In this document: positions 32,158-40,538 of the stretch, piece after piece
Layout of the letters: each line of letters begins with the position of its first letter
How positions within the stretch are numbered: the first letter of the stretch is position 1
Assembly (NCBI GenBank): GCA_045810285.1
Contig: JBJMWE010000281.1
Location: 3,916 to 67,915 of the forward strand
DNA length: 64,000 nt
From: Vitreoscilla sp.
GTDB lineage: Bacteria; Pseudomonadota; Gammaproteobacteria; Burkholderiales; Burkholderiaceae_C
Direction: 5' to 3'
Position numbers and translations under genes: made by a program
The notes under the pieces: generated by a model
Database searches by the model: none
What the model was told of the DNA's origin: nothing
The model's input: only the letters and a program-made list of their open reading frames with translations

Positions 32158-32446
32158 GAGGGACCTGCGTGTTCGGGGTTGGACTCGTCCAGGAGCGCCG
32201 TGAGCGGTGCCGGCTGGGCGCCGCGGGCGATGGATGTCGCCCGTCGGTGCCGGCATCTGTTGGCGCGCTCCGCGGTCCACAAGCGGTCGATCGCGCAATG
32301 CAGTGTTTGCGTTTCGGGAATGATCGCGGCGGTTTGGCCGCCTGCGCGGCACGCCGGCAGGGTCGGTCGACGGGCCGCCCTGCCTTCGCGCCGTCGTCCT
32401 GCGCGGCGCGCAGCGCAGTCGCGGAGGCCGCGCACGGGTAGGCGCC

Positions 32447-32546
32447 TCGGCACGCGTGGATCCTGCGACTTCGCGCAGGATGACACTCTTGGCTCGTCGG
32501 CACGGGTGGATCCTGCGACTTCGCGCAGGATGACACCCTTCGCTCG
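32447..32546. repeat. Two tandem 50-bp REP-like units, each with an internal palindrome
   Basis: Units 32447-32496 and 32497-32546 match at 47/50 positions. Each contains ATCCTGCG-N6-CGCAGGAT. The same core recurs at 45784-45811. Confidence 0.8.
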
Positions 32547-32558
32547 TCCGCCTGCGCC

Positions 32559-32603
32559 GCCTCAGGCGCGTCGCCGCCTCAGCCTCAGGCGCGTCGCCGC
32601 CTC
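32559..32603. repeat. 22-bp direct duplication (period 23) spanning the stop codon of the PEP-CTERM gene
   Basis: GCCTCAGGCGCGTCGCCGCCTC occurs at 32559-32580 and again at 32582-32603. The second copy encodes ...RRRRA-stop on the minus strand. Confidence 0.8.
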
Positions 32604-33250
32604 GCGGCCGCGGCCACGCCCAGCAGGCCCGCCAGCCACAGCATCGCGGTGCCCGGCTCGGGGACGGCCGAGACGCTCGCGTCGGTGGACGCCTGCAGCA
32701 CGTACATGCCGCCGGCCGGGATCGCGCCGCCCGCCAGCCAGCCGCTCGAACCGGCCTGCGCGCCGGCGTACGCGACGCCGACGACGTAGGTGCCGGCGCC
32801 CAGGCCGTCCAGGTGCAGCCACGGATCGAGGATGCTGGCGCTGCCGTCGTCCGCGGACGGGCCGGGGAAGCCCCAATCGCGCGGGTCGTCGTCGTCGGTG
32901 GCCAGCAGGGTGCCGCCCAGCGTCCAGACGGCCAGCTGCAGGTCCAGGCCCAGGCCCGCGTGGTCGAAGCCGTCGCTGTAGTCGATGTCCAGCGTGAGCG
33001 CCCCGCTGCTGCCGACGTCGATGCGGTAGTAGTCGAACGGCCCCGCGGCGCTCGCCACCAGCGAGGCGTGCGGGACGGTCGTCGCGTCGTCGATGTCCGC
33101 GTCCGCGTTGCGGTCGAACGCCGACGCATCGACCGCGAAGGCCCGGCCGAAGGCGTGGTTGTCGCCGGTGACGGCCACGGGGCCGGCGATCGCGAGGCCG
33201 GTGGCCGCGGCCAGGGCGGCCGCGGCGATCAGGTGCAGTGTCTTGTTCAT
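32585..33250 (-). CDS. PEP-CTERM sorting-domain protein with pre-peptidase-C-terminal (PPC)-like beta-sandwich
   Basis: Signal peptide. Middle region YYRIDVGSSGALTLDIDY...TLLATDDDD...GTYVVGVA. C-terminus VPEPGTAMLWLAGLLGVAAAARRRRA has a PEP motif, a TM helix and a basic tail. Confidence 0.85.
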   Translation of the reverse strand: MNKTLHLIAAAALAAATGLAIAGPVAVTGDNHAFGRAFAVDASAFDRNADADIDDATTVPHASLVASAAGPFDYYRIDVGSSGALTLDIDYSDGFDHAGLGLDLQLAVWTLGGTLLATDDDDPRDWGFPGPSADDGSASILDPWLHLDGLGAGTYVVGVAYAGAQAGSSGWLAGGAIPAGGMYVLQASTDASVSAVPEPGTAMLWLAGLLGVAAAARRRRA

Positions 33251-33266
33251 GGCAAGTCCTCCGTCT

Positions 33267-36200
33267 TCAGTTCAGCGTCTTCTTCACGCGGATGTTGCGC
33301 AGCTGGAAGTGGATGCTCCCGGCCTGGTCGCCCCAGGCGGGCAGCACCTCGACGCCCGAGGTCAGGCGGCTGGCGTCGAACCCGTTGGCCGCGTAGCTCG
33401 GGGCGCTGTACGGCAGCTTCACGTGCAGCCACGTGTTCAGCGGCGGGCGGCCGATGAGGTCCATCAGGTCGCCCGTGCGGCAGGTATCCGGCGCGCTGTT
33501 GCACACGAGCTTCGTCCAGAAGGCCTGTGCCATGCCGCCGTAGTCCAGGATGCGCACGTCGTACTCCACGCCGCCGGTGGCGGCGATGGACGAGGCGTCC
33601 AGCTTCGTTCCGGCCTTGGCGTCGATGGCGAAGCCCGCGTTGCCGCCCGTCTCCGCCTGGTTGGCCATGCGCACGTCCAGCACGCGCTTGCCGTCCTCGG
33701 CGACGAAGGCCGGATCGAGCGTGACCGTGCCGCGGCCGCCGGACTGCCAGACCCGCGGCGGATCGAACAGCGTCGTGTTGGCCACGCCGTCGACGTAGAC
33801 GTCCACGTCACCGGTCAGCGGCACCCGCGGCGACGCACACGCGATGGTGCCCGCGCGATGCGGTTCCCAGCGGATGTTGGCGATCTGCACGTCGAAGCGC
33901 CCGCTCGTGCCCAGGAGGAACGGCCGGTTGATGGCACCGAGGTCGGCGCCGCGCTCCGCCAGGCAGTCGATCGAGATCGACAGCGTGCTCCACGTGCCCA
34001 CCGGCAGCGCCTGGATCGCGGACGTCGCGTCGGCCTGGCCCAGGCAGGGATAGTTGCAGTCCATGCGCACGTTCACCGCCTGGGTGGGCGGCGTCAGCAC
34101 CTTGATGTCGAACGCGAGCGCGCCGGACGTGCCGCCGTAGGCCGAAAGGTCCACCTTCGCGTTGGCGTTGTCCTGCGCGAAGAACTCGCCGTACGCGTCG
34201 TGCCAGCTCACCGACAGCGCAGCCCACTGGATGCCGTTCCGGTCGTCGACGGGCGTCGCCGAGATCTCGCCCGACGGCGTCGTGGTGGTCGCGTTGGTCG
34301 ACAGCGCCACCGGCACGTCCCAGTTGGACGGGGCGCCGACCTGCATCTGCCAGTCGTCCTGGTTGATGCGGTCGAAGATCGCCAGCGGCTGGCTCGCCGT
34401 GCCGCCCGGCTGCTGGCCGCAACCGTAGTCCTGCGTGGCCTCGTCGAGGGCGCCCTGCGTGTCGCTGGACGTGTAGCGCAGGCCGTAGCCCCAGGCATAC
34501 AGCGGCGCGTAGCCCGGCGCGAAGCGATCCTGGCTCGTCTGGCACGGGCTCTTCGGCCACGAGTACGACAGCGTGCCCTGGAAGTCGTATGCCACGCCCC
34601 CGCCGTCCTTCTGGAACAGCACGTCGGCCAGGCCGTCGCCCTCGGTGCCGGGCAGGAAGGCGGCCACGAACGCGTCGGAGCGGTTCAGTTCCTTGTTGAC
34701 GTACAGCACGCGGCCCGAATAGAGCACCGTGACGATCTTCTTCACGCCCTTGGCCTTGAGCGCGTCGATCAGCGCAAGATCCTCCGGATGCAGCCTGGCC
34801 AGCTCCAGCGTCCTGGAGCTGCCGAGATCGCCCGCGCCCTCCGCGTACGGCGTCTCGCCGATGGCCACGACGGCGACGTCATACGACGCGTCGGCCAGCG
34901 CGCCGTTCGGGCTCGTGTCGAGCACTGCGTTCGGGGCGATCCTGTGCACTGCGCCCCACAGCGTGCTGCCGCCGCCGAAATCGGCGTTCGGGTTGCCGCC
35001 CTGCCACGTGACGGACCAGCCGCCCGACTGGTTGGCGAGGCTGTCGGCGCTCTTGCCGGCCACCAGCACCCTGGCGCCGCGCGCCAGCGGCAGCACGTGG
35101 CCGTTGTTCTTCAGCAGCACGAGCGACTTGCGCACGGCCTCGCGCGCGACGGCGCGATCTTCCGGCGTGCCGATGGCGTGCGACGCGTTGCGCAGCGAGG
35201 GCCGGGGCCGATCCTGCAGGCCGAAGCGGAACTTCACGCGCAGGATGCGGCGCACCGCGTCGTCGATGCGCGCCTGCGGGATCTCGCCCGCGCGCACGCT
35301 GGCCAGCGTGTTGGCGATGAACGGCAGCCAGTCGGCGCGCGTGGGCGCCATGATCATGTCCACGCCGGCGTTGATGGCCTGCGGGCAATCGTTGGTGCTG
35401 CAGTCGCGCGTGGCCGAACTGTTGCTCCTCTTGACCTGCCCGATGCCGTTCCAGTCGGACACGACGAAGCCGTCGAAGCCGAGCTTGCCCTTGAGCACGT
35501 CGGTCAGCAGGTAGCCGTTGCCATGCATCTTGAGGGCCTTGCCGTCCGGGCCCAGCGCGGTGTCCAGCCAGCTGCTGTACGACACCATCACCGTCTGCAC
35601 GCCCGCCTGCAGCGCCGCGTAGTAGCCGCGGCCGTGGATGTTGACCAGGTCGGACTCGCTCGCGACCGTGATGCCCTGGTCGGTGCCGTTGGTGGTGCCG
35701 CCGTCGCCCAGGAAGTGCTTGGCCGTGGCGATCACCTTCTCGTTGACCGCGGCGTCCTTGCGCAGCTTGCCCTGCAGGCCCGTGACCATGCGGCCGGCGT
35801 AGGACTGCTGCACCGACGGATCCTCGGAATAGCCCTCGTACGTGCGGCCCCAGCGGTCGTCGCGCACCACGGCGAGCGTCGGGCCGAAGGCCCAGTCGAC
35901 GCCGGTGCGCGCCACCTCGAGCGCCGTCACCTTGCCGATGCGGCCCATCAGCTCGGGGTCGCGCATCGCGCCCAGGCCGATGTTCTGCGGGAACATCGTG
36001 GCCCCCTTCACGTTGTTGTGGCCGTGCACGGCATCCGTGCCCCACAGCAACGGGATGTGCAGGCGGTCCCGCATCGAGGCCGTCCACAGCGCGTCGGCCT
36101 TGTCCAGCCAGGCCTGCACGGGTGCGGCCTTGTCGCCGCCGGGCCATGAGCCGCCGCCGTTGAGCACCGAGCCGATGTGGTACTGCACGATCTCGTCGGG

Positions 36201-36521
36201 CGTGACGTACTGGATCTCGGCCTGCGTCATCTGGCCGACCTTCTCTTCCAGCGTCATCTGCGCGAGCGTGGCCTCGACCCGGGCCTCGACGTCGGCCTCC
36301 TTGCCGAAGGCGCTGGTGACGTGCGGCCAATCGCCGAGCGCCGGCAGCGGTGCGGGGCTGGACGGCGCTGCGGCGGCCGCGGTGGCGGCGGCCTGGGCGC
36401 CCGCGTCCGCCCCGGGCGGGGTCTTCGGCTCGTCGCCGCCGCCGCACGCCGAGAGCGCCAGCGCGAGCACGGAGGCGAGGAAGGGCGCGCCGCGGCGAGC
36501 CCGCCACGAATGGATGGTCAT
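33267..36521 (-). CDS. GH3 exo-beta-glucosidase lipoprotein with C-terminal ExoP-like galactose-binding domain(s)
   Basis: SD AAGGAGA 7 nt before the MTIHSW start, and lipobox LALALSAC. GH3 motifs LTLEEKVGQMTQ, WGTDAVHGHNNV, RWGRTYEGYSEDP and GFVVSDW. 1084 aa. Confidence 0.9.
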   Translation of the reverse strand: MTIHSWRARRGAPFLASVLALALSACGGGDEPKTPPGADAGAQAAATAAAAAPSSPAPLPALGDWPHVTSAFGKEADVEARVEATLAQMTLEEKVGQMTQAEIQYVTPDEIVQYHIGSVLNGGGSWPGGDKAAPVQAWLDKADALWTASMRDRLHIPLLWGTDAVHGHNNVKGATMFPQNIGLGAMRDPELMGRIGKVTALEVARTGVDWAFGPTLAVVRDDRWGRTYEGYSEDPSVQQSYAGRMVTGLQGKLRKDAAVNEKVIATAKHFLGDGGTTNGTDQGITVASESDLVNIHGRGYYAALQAGVQTVMVSYSSWLDTALGPDGKALKMHGNGYLLTDVLKGKLGFDGFVVSDWNGIGQVKRSNSSATRDCSTNDCPQAINAGVDMIMAPTRADWLPFIANTLASVRAGEIPQARIDDAVRRILRVKFRFGLQDRPRPSLRNASHAIGTPEDRAVAREAVRKSLVLLKNNGHVLPLARGARVLVAGKSADSLANQSGGWSVTWQGGNPNADFGGGSTLWGAVHRIAPNAVLDTSPNGALADASYDVAVVAIGETPYAEGAGDLGSSRTLELARLHPEDLALIDALKAKGVKKIVTVLYSGRVLYVNKELNRSDAFVAAFLPGTEGDGLADVLFQKDGGGVAYDFQGTLSYSWPKSPCQTSQDRFAPGYAPLYAWGYGLRYTSSDTQGALDEATQDYGCGQQPGGTASQPLAIFDRINQDDWQMQVGAPSNWDVPVALSTNATTTTPSGEISATPVDDRNGIQWAALSVSWHDAYGEFFAQDNANAKVDLSAYGGTSGALAFDIKVLTPPTQAVNVRMDCNYPCLGQADATSAIQALPVGTWSTLSISIDCLAERGADLGAINRPFLLGTSGRFDVQIANIRWEPHRAGTIACASPRVPLTGDVDVYVDGVANTTLFDPPRVWQSGGRGTVTLDPAFVAEDGKRVLDVRMANQAETGGNAGFAIDAKAGTKLDASSIAATGGVEYDVRILDYGGMAQAFWTKLVCNSAPDTCRTGDLMDLIGRPPLNTWLHVKLPYSAPSYAANGFDASRLTSGVEVLPAWGDQAGSIHFQLRNIRVKKTLN

Positions 36522-36722
36522 GAGCTGTCTCCTTTGGTTCTTGTTCGTCACCCTGGCGCGGTGGGCGTCCCGGGTCCAGGGGATATTAAGAAACGGACTG
36601 CGTATTCACAATCTGTTCAGGTAATGACAAACATTGGAAACGGCATTGGAAATACGGGGTGCGGTGTCACGCCGCAGGACGAGCGCCCCGTTGCCGCTTC
36701 GTGCATCAAGGAGACCGATCAG

Positions 36723-37805
36723 GTGACCACCATCAAGGACGTTGCCCGGGCGGCCGGCGTCGGACTCGGCACGGCATCGCGCGCCCTCTCCGGGCACGGC
36801 TCCGTGGCCGCCGACACCCGCCGCCGCGTCGCGGCCGCCGCGCACGCGCTCGGATTCGAGCCGCGACCCGACGCGCGCCGGCGTCGCGCGCCCGCGCTGG
36901 ACGCCATCGGCATCTACGTGCCTTCCTTCACCGGCAACTTCCACGCGCCCCTGATGCAGGCCGTGCAGGCCGAGCTGCGCGCCGTCGGCGGCCACCTGAT
37001 CGCGGCCTGCGGCACCGGCGCCGGCGACGAGCGCCAGCAGGCGCTCCAGGGCATCGCGTTCCTGCTCGGTCGGCGCTGCGCCGGCATCGTCGTGGTGGCG
37101 CCGGCCCTCGGCGAGGCCGACGTGGCGGCCCTGCGGCAGCGCCATCCGCACCTGGTGTTCGTCAACCGCGTCGGCGCGCCGGGCGATCGCCAATGCTTCG
37201 CGATCGACCACGAGCTGGGCGGACGCCTGGCGGCCCGGGCGCTGGTCGAGCGCGGCCACCAGCGCATCGCCTGCATGGCCGGCGCCACCGACGCCCCCGA
37301 CAACGCGCTGCGCATGCACGGCTTCCATGCGGAGCTCGCGCTGCACGGCCGGCGCGTGCCGGACGAACTGCGCGTCGTCGGCCACTTCACGTTCGAGGGC
37401 GCGCATGCCGCCACGCGCGACCTGCTGCGGCGCGCGCCGGGCGCGTTCTCGGCGCTGTTCTGCGCGAACGACGCGATGGCCGTGGCCGCGATCGCCCGCC
37501 TCGCGCGGGCGCAGCTGCGCGTGCCGGACGACGTCTCGGTGGTGGGCTTCGACGACAGCGACCTGGCCACCTACACCTCGCCGCAGCTCACCACGGTGCG
37601 CATCCCGGTCGAGCACATGGCGGCCAATGCCTGCCGCTACCTGCTCAACGCATGCTTCGACATGGCCCACCCGGTGGTCCACGAGTTCAAGCCGATGCTG
37701 GTGTGGCGGCAGTCGGTGGCGCGCTGCGACGCGGTCGATGCGCCCCGCACGGACAGGCCCGAACCCGCCCGCGCCCGCGCCGGCGGCGTGGCGCTCTTGC
37801 GCTGA
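36723..37805 (+). CDS. LacI-family transcriptional regulator
   Basis: GTG 36723, 10 nt after AAGGAGA. HTH TIKDVARAAGVGLGTASRALSG. Divergent from the GH3 gene. Confidence 0.85.
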   Translation: MTTIKDVARAAGVGLGTASRALSGHGSVAADTRRRVAAAAHALGFEPRPDARRRRAPALDAIGIYVPSFTGNFHAPLMQAVQAELRAVGGHLIAACGTGAGDERQQALQGIAFLLGRRCAGIVVVAPALGEADVAALRQRHPHLVFVNRVGAPGDRQCFAIDHELGGRLAARALVERGHQRIACMAGATDAPDNALRMHGFHAELALHGRRVPDELRVVGHFTFEGAHAATRDLLRRAPGAFSALFCANDAMAVAAIARLARAQLRVPDDVSVVGFDDSDLATYTSPQLTTVRIPVEHMAANACRYLLNACFDMAHPVVHEFKPMLVWRQSVARCDAVDAPRTDRPEPARARAGGVALLR

Positions 37806-37833
37806 CGCGGCGCGTCAGGGATGCGGCCGCGCC

Positions 37834-38292
37834 TCAGTGCCAGTTGCCGACGCGCAGGTCGTTCGGCGCCGGGCGGCCCGCGCCCGTCTCGACGAAGTCG
37901 CGCAGGCTGACGAGGAACGTCGCCCACTTGGTGCTGCAGTGGGCCATGAACTCGACCTCCTCGCGCCAGCCGCGGTGGCTGAACATGACGACGGTGAAGT
38001 CGTCCTGGCGCGACAGCGCGAACTCGATGCGGGTGCCGACCCATTCCGGCGGGCCATCCTTGACCTGCCAGCGCACCTTGTCGCTGGGCGACAGCTCCAG
38101 CACGTCCATGTCGAAGCCGCCAAGCAGCTCGCCGTTCTCGAGATGGAACACGAACTTGACGACGCCGCCGACCTTCGATTCGCCGGTCGTCTCCTGCGTC
38201 CACCAGCCCGCGAGGCCGGGCACGGTGGCGAGCGCGGCGTAGACGTCGGCGGCGGGCGCCTGGATGCCGATGCGATGGATGATGTCCTTCAT
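37834..38292 (-). CDS. SRPBCC-superfamily protein (Aha1/START-like)
   Basis: 152 aa: MKDIIHRIGIQAPAADVYAALATVPGLAGWWT... SD GGAG upstream. Confidence 0.75.
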   Translation of the reverse strand: MKDIIHRIGIQAPAADVYAALATVPGLAGWWTQETTGESKVGGVVKFVFHLENGELLGGFDMDVLELSPSDKVRWQVKDGPPEWVGTRIEFALSRQDDFTVVMFSHRGWREEVEFMAHCSTKWATFLVSLRDFVETGAGRPAPNDLRVGNWH

Positions 38293-38782
38293 GATGAACT
38301 CCGATGGGTGCGTTGGGTGCGACGTCCGGGGTGGCGCGTCGTCGGAGTCGATGGTGGCCGCGGCGCAGTGCGAGCGTGAGTAACAAGATTGGCGCGAATG
38401 CGCGGCGACGACGCGGTCGCGGACCTGCGATCAAGGGGCACGGCCGCCGGGCATCCCAATCCCGCGTCCGCGTGGAACGCCTCGCCGTCGCGGCGCGCTC
38501 GCCACTCCCGGATGAACTCGGTCAGCCTCGAATACCCCACGCCGTACCAGGCTTGCGCAATTGGGGCGCCCGGCAGCGCCCCCAGCAGCGCCGCAAGGCA
38601 CGAGCCGCACGAATCGTGGGGGGTACTGTCGCGTTGAAGACCCGGATTTCGTTTTCAACCTATACGGGCCACCGTATCTAATCCAACGGCTCAATCAAAC
38701 GGAGGGTCACTCCGTCAGACCAGCCGGACCTCCCACGCGTTGGCTGAACTCATCGATCTGTCAACGTGACGGGAACCCGATA

Positions 38783-39535
38783 GTGGCCCAGGGAAAAGAG
38801 ATCGCCGAGGACGACATCCTCTCGGCGTGTGAGGAGATCCTGGCGAGCCCGACGTTCGCCAAGGCGCGCCGGATGAGCCGCCTGCTGCGCTTCCTGGTGG
38901 ACCAGGCGGTTTCCGGCGGCGTGCGCAACACGATCGAGTACGCCATCGGGCTCGAGGTGTTCGATCGGGATCCGGCGACCTACAGCCCCGGCGACGATCC
39001 GACGGTGCGCGTCCAGGTCGGCCGCCTGCGACAGCGCCTGGACGCGTACTACGCCGCGCGCGCCGGGGGCCACGGAGTGGAGATACGCATCCCTCTGGGC
39101 AGCTACATGCCCGTCATCCGCCACGTGACCGGCGAGCCGCCCCCAGGCGCTCGGCACGGCAGCCTGGCCTTCCAGTCCATCCGCTGCATCGCGGGCAGCG
39201 CCACCGGCGAGGCGTTCGCGTGCGGCCTTCAGGAGGAACTCCTGGCGCAGTTGTTCCAGGCCTTCAGCGACGTGGTGATGCTGCCGTCGACGCCCTCCAT
39301 GGGCGCGCGCCGCAGCGTCGACGACGCACGGCCCCTTCACGCGCGCCACCGGATCGAAGGCAGCATCCGCATCGACAGCGAACGCATCCGCACGTCGATG
39401 CGACTCGTCGAGCCGGCGCTGGGGCGCGTCGCGTGGGCGCGGCACTTCGATCGCGGCGTCCACTTCGACATCAGCCAACAGGAAGAACTCGCGTCTTCGA
39501 TCTGCAGCGCCTTGAAACGCCACCTGGACGCCTGA
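38783..39535 (+). CDS. Putative transcriptional regulator: N-terminal winged-helix-like module plus TolB-N-like beta domain
   Basis: SPTFAKARRMSRLLRFLVDQAV...EYAIGLEVFDRDPATYSPGDDPTVRVQVGRLRQRLDAYY, then LAFQSIRCIAGSATGEAFACGLQEELLAQL...IEGSIRIDSERIRTSMRLVEPALGRVAWARHFD. This matches the N-terminal part of CadC/TPR-type regulators. The GTG start is tentative. Confidence 0.5.
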   Translation: MAQGKEIAEDDILSACEEILASPTFAKARRMSRLLRFLVDQAVSGGVRNTIEYAIGLEVFDRDPATYSPGDDPTVRVQVGRLRQRLDAYYAARAGGHGVEIRIPLGSYMPVIRHVTGEPPPGARHGSLAFQSIRCIAGSATGEAFACGLQEELLAQLFQAFSDVVMLPSTPSMGARRSVDDARPLHARHRIEGSIRIDSERIRTSMRLVEPALGRVAWARHFDRGVHFDISQQEELASSICSALKRHLDA

Positions 39536-39602
39536 CGCGGACACGCGACCAGGAGGACCGCGCGCCCGGCTTCCTTTCACCGCCGACGCGCCCGCCGCGA
39601 TT

Positions 39603-39636
39603 GTTACCGTAACAGCGCATCCGACGTTACCGTAAC
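39603..39636. promoter_or_regulatory. Two copies of the 11-bp palindrome GTTACCGTAAC upstream of the first rebB-like gene
   Basis: Copies at 39603-39613 and 39626-39636, centres 23 bp apart, 77-110 bp upstream of ATG 39713. A partial third half-site CTTACCG is at 39641. Confidence 0.55.
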
Positions 39637-39712
39637 GATACTTACCGACGATGAAGGCCCCGCCTACGATGGCTCTGCGTCTCGACAAAAGACAACCCAG
39701 TGGAGCAAGACG

Positions 39713-40033
39713 ATGGCTGATGCACTTCCGGCCGAGATCATTCAGGCCATCGCGATATCCAACGCGAAGTCGATCGGCGAACAGCCGGCCGTGCTGGCCA
39801 ATCTCGCGTTGGCACAACAGATCTTCAACCAGAACATGCAGCAGCAGATCGCGCTGAGCCAGCAGCAGGCGATGAACCAGATCCAGATGGCTGCCGCGGC
39901 GAAGTACGCGTCGATGATCGACAAGACGGCCGCTTGCCCGCACCAGACGACCTTCGACCAGATGACGAAGGAACTCGAGGAGATCCGCCACGAGCTGGCG
40001 CGCACCTCGACGCAGCACCGCGGCGGCATGTAG
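39713..40033 (+). CDS. RebB-like (R-body / 'killing trait' family) protein, paralog 1
   Basis: 106 aa, SD GGAG 7 nt upstream. EIIQAIAISNAKSIGEQPAVLANLALAQQIFNQNMQQQIALSQQQAMNQ fits the Reb pattern (T..V...N.K.lgE.PA....NL........NA...QQ). Confidence 0.65.
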   Translation: MADALPAEIIQAIAISNAKSIGEQPAVLANLALAQQIFNQNMQQQIALSQQQAMNQIQMAAAAKYASMIDKTAACPHQTTFDQMTKELEEIRHELARTSTQHRGGM

Positions 40034-40044
40034 CGCGCCGTCCT

Positions 40045-40065
40045 GCCTCGACGGGTCCTCGAGGC
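40045..40065 (+). terminator. Stem-loop after rebB-like paralog 1 (possible attenuator)
   Basis: GCCTCGA-N7-TCGAGGC, 12 nt after the TAG stop. There is no clear U-tract. Confidence 0.3.
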
Positions 40066-40181
40066 GCCCCCAGGAGTTTCGTTCGCATTCCGCCGGAGTG
40101 CGATGAAAGCAACCTCCCCGTCGCCGGGGTGACGGTAGGCAAACCGTCGTCGATGCATATCACCAACCCAAGGAGCAAACC

Positions 40182-40499
40182 ATGGCATCTCTTCCCGAAG
40201 AAGTCGTTACCGCAGTCGCGATCGGAAACCTGAAGGCGATCTCGGAACAGCCCGCGATGCTGTCCAACCTCGCCTACTCGAACACGGTGGCCAATACCAA
40301 CCTGTCGCAGCAGAACGCCGTGGCCAACCAGCAGGCCATGAACGAGCTGGGCATCTCGATCGTGGCCAAGGCCTCGAACACGGTCAGCAACCTCAGCCCG
40401 ATGGAAGCCCGCGCCGCGGTGGACGTCCTGACCAACGACGAGCTCGCGCAGACCATCGCCGACATGAAGGCCACGCTGCAGGCCTTCACCGGTCGCTGA
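40182..40499 (+). CDS. RebB-like R-body protein, paralog 2
   Basis: 105 aa, SD AAGGAG. VVTAVAIGNLKAISEQPAMLSNLAYSNTVANTNLSQQNAVANQQAMNELG and a C-terminal ARAAVDVLTNDELAQTIADMKA. Confidence 0.7.
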   Translation: MASLPEEVVTAVAIGNLKAISEQPAMLSNLAYSNTVANTNLSQQNAVANQQAMNELGISIVAKASNTVSNLSPMEARAAVDVLTNDELAQTIADMKATLQAFTGR

Positions 40500-40538
40500 T
40501 CCGTCCGATCCCGGCGGCCTTAATGCGAAGGACAGAAC

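Noticed and set aside
31742-32536. ORFs beginning MSSCAKSQDP (31742..32536 and 31998..32486)
   Set aside because: Their starts fall inside the tandem REP-like repeats, which explains the duplicated N-termini. The remainder is Arg/Pro/Ala low complexity.
32447-32546. Possible CRISPR array
   Set aside because: There are only two directly abutting 50-bp units with no spacers and no cas genes. This fits a REP-type tandem repeat better.
36522-36551. Upstream GTG start (MTNKNQRRQL...) for the GH3 gene
   Set aside because: The AAGGAGA SD lies inside this extension, 7 nt before the MTIHSW ATG, which also gives a normal lipoprotein signal peptide.
38289-38540. 83-aa ORF overlapping the SRPBCC start (candidate ArsR partner or IS21 fragment)
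   Set aside because: It has no ArsR HTH or metal motif, a Pro/Arg-rich tail and only a GTG start. The resemblance to transposases is about 13 residues, too weak to annotate.
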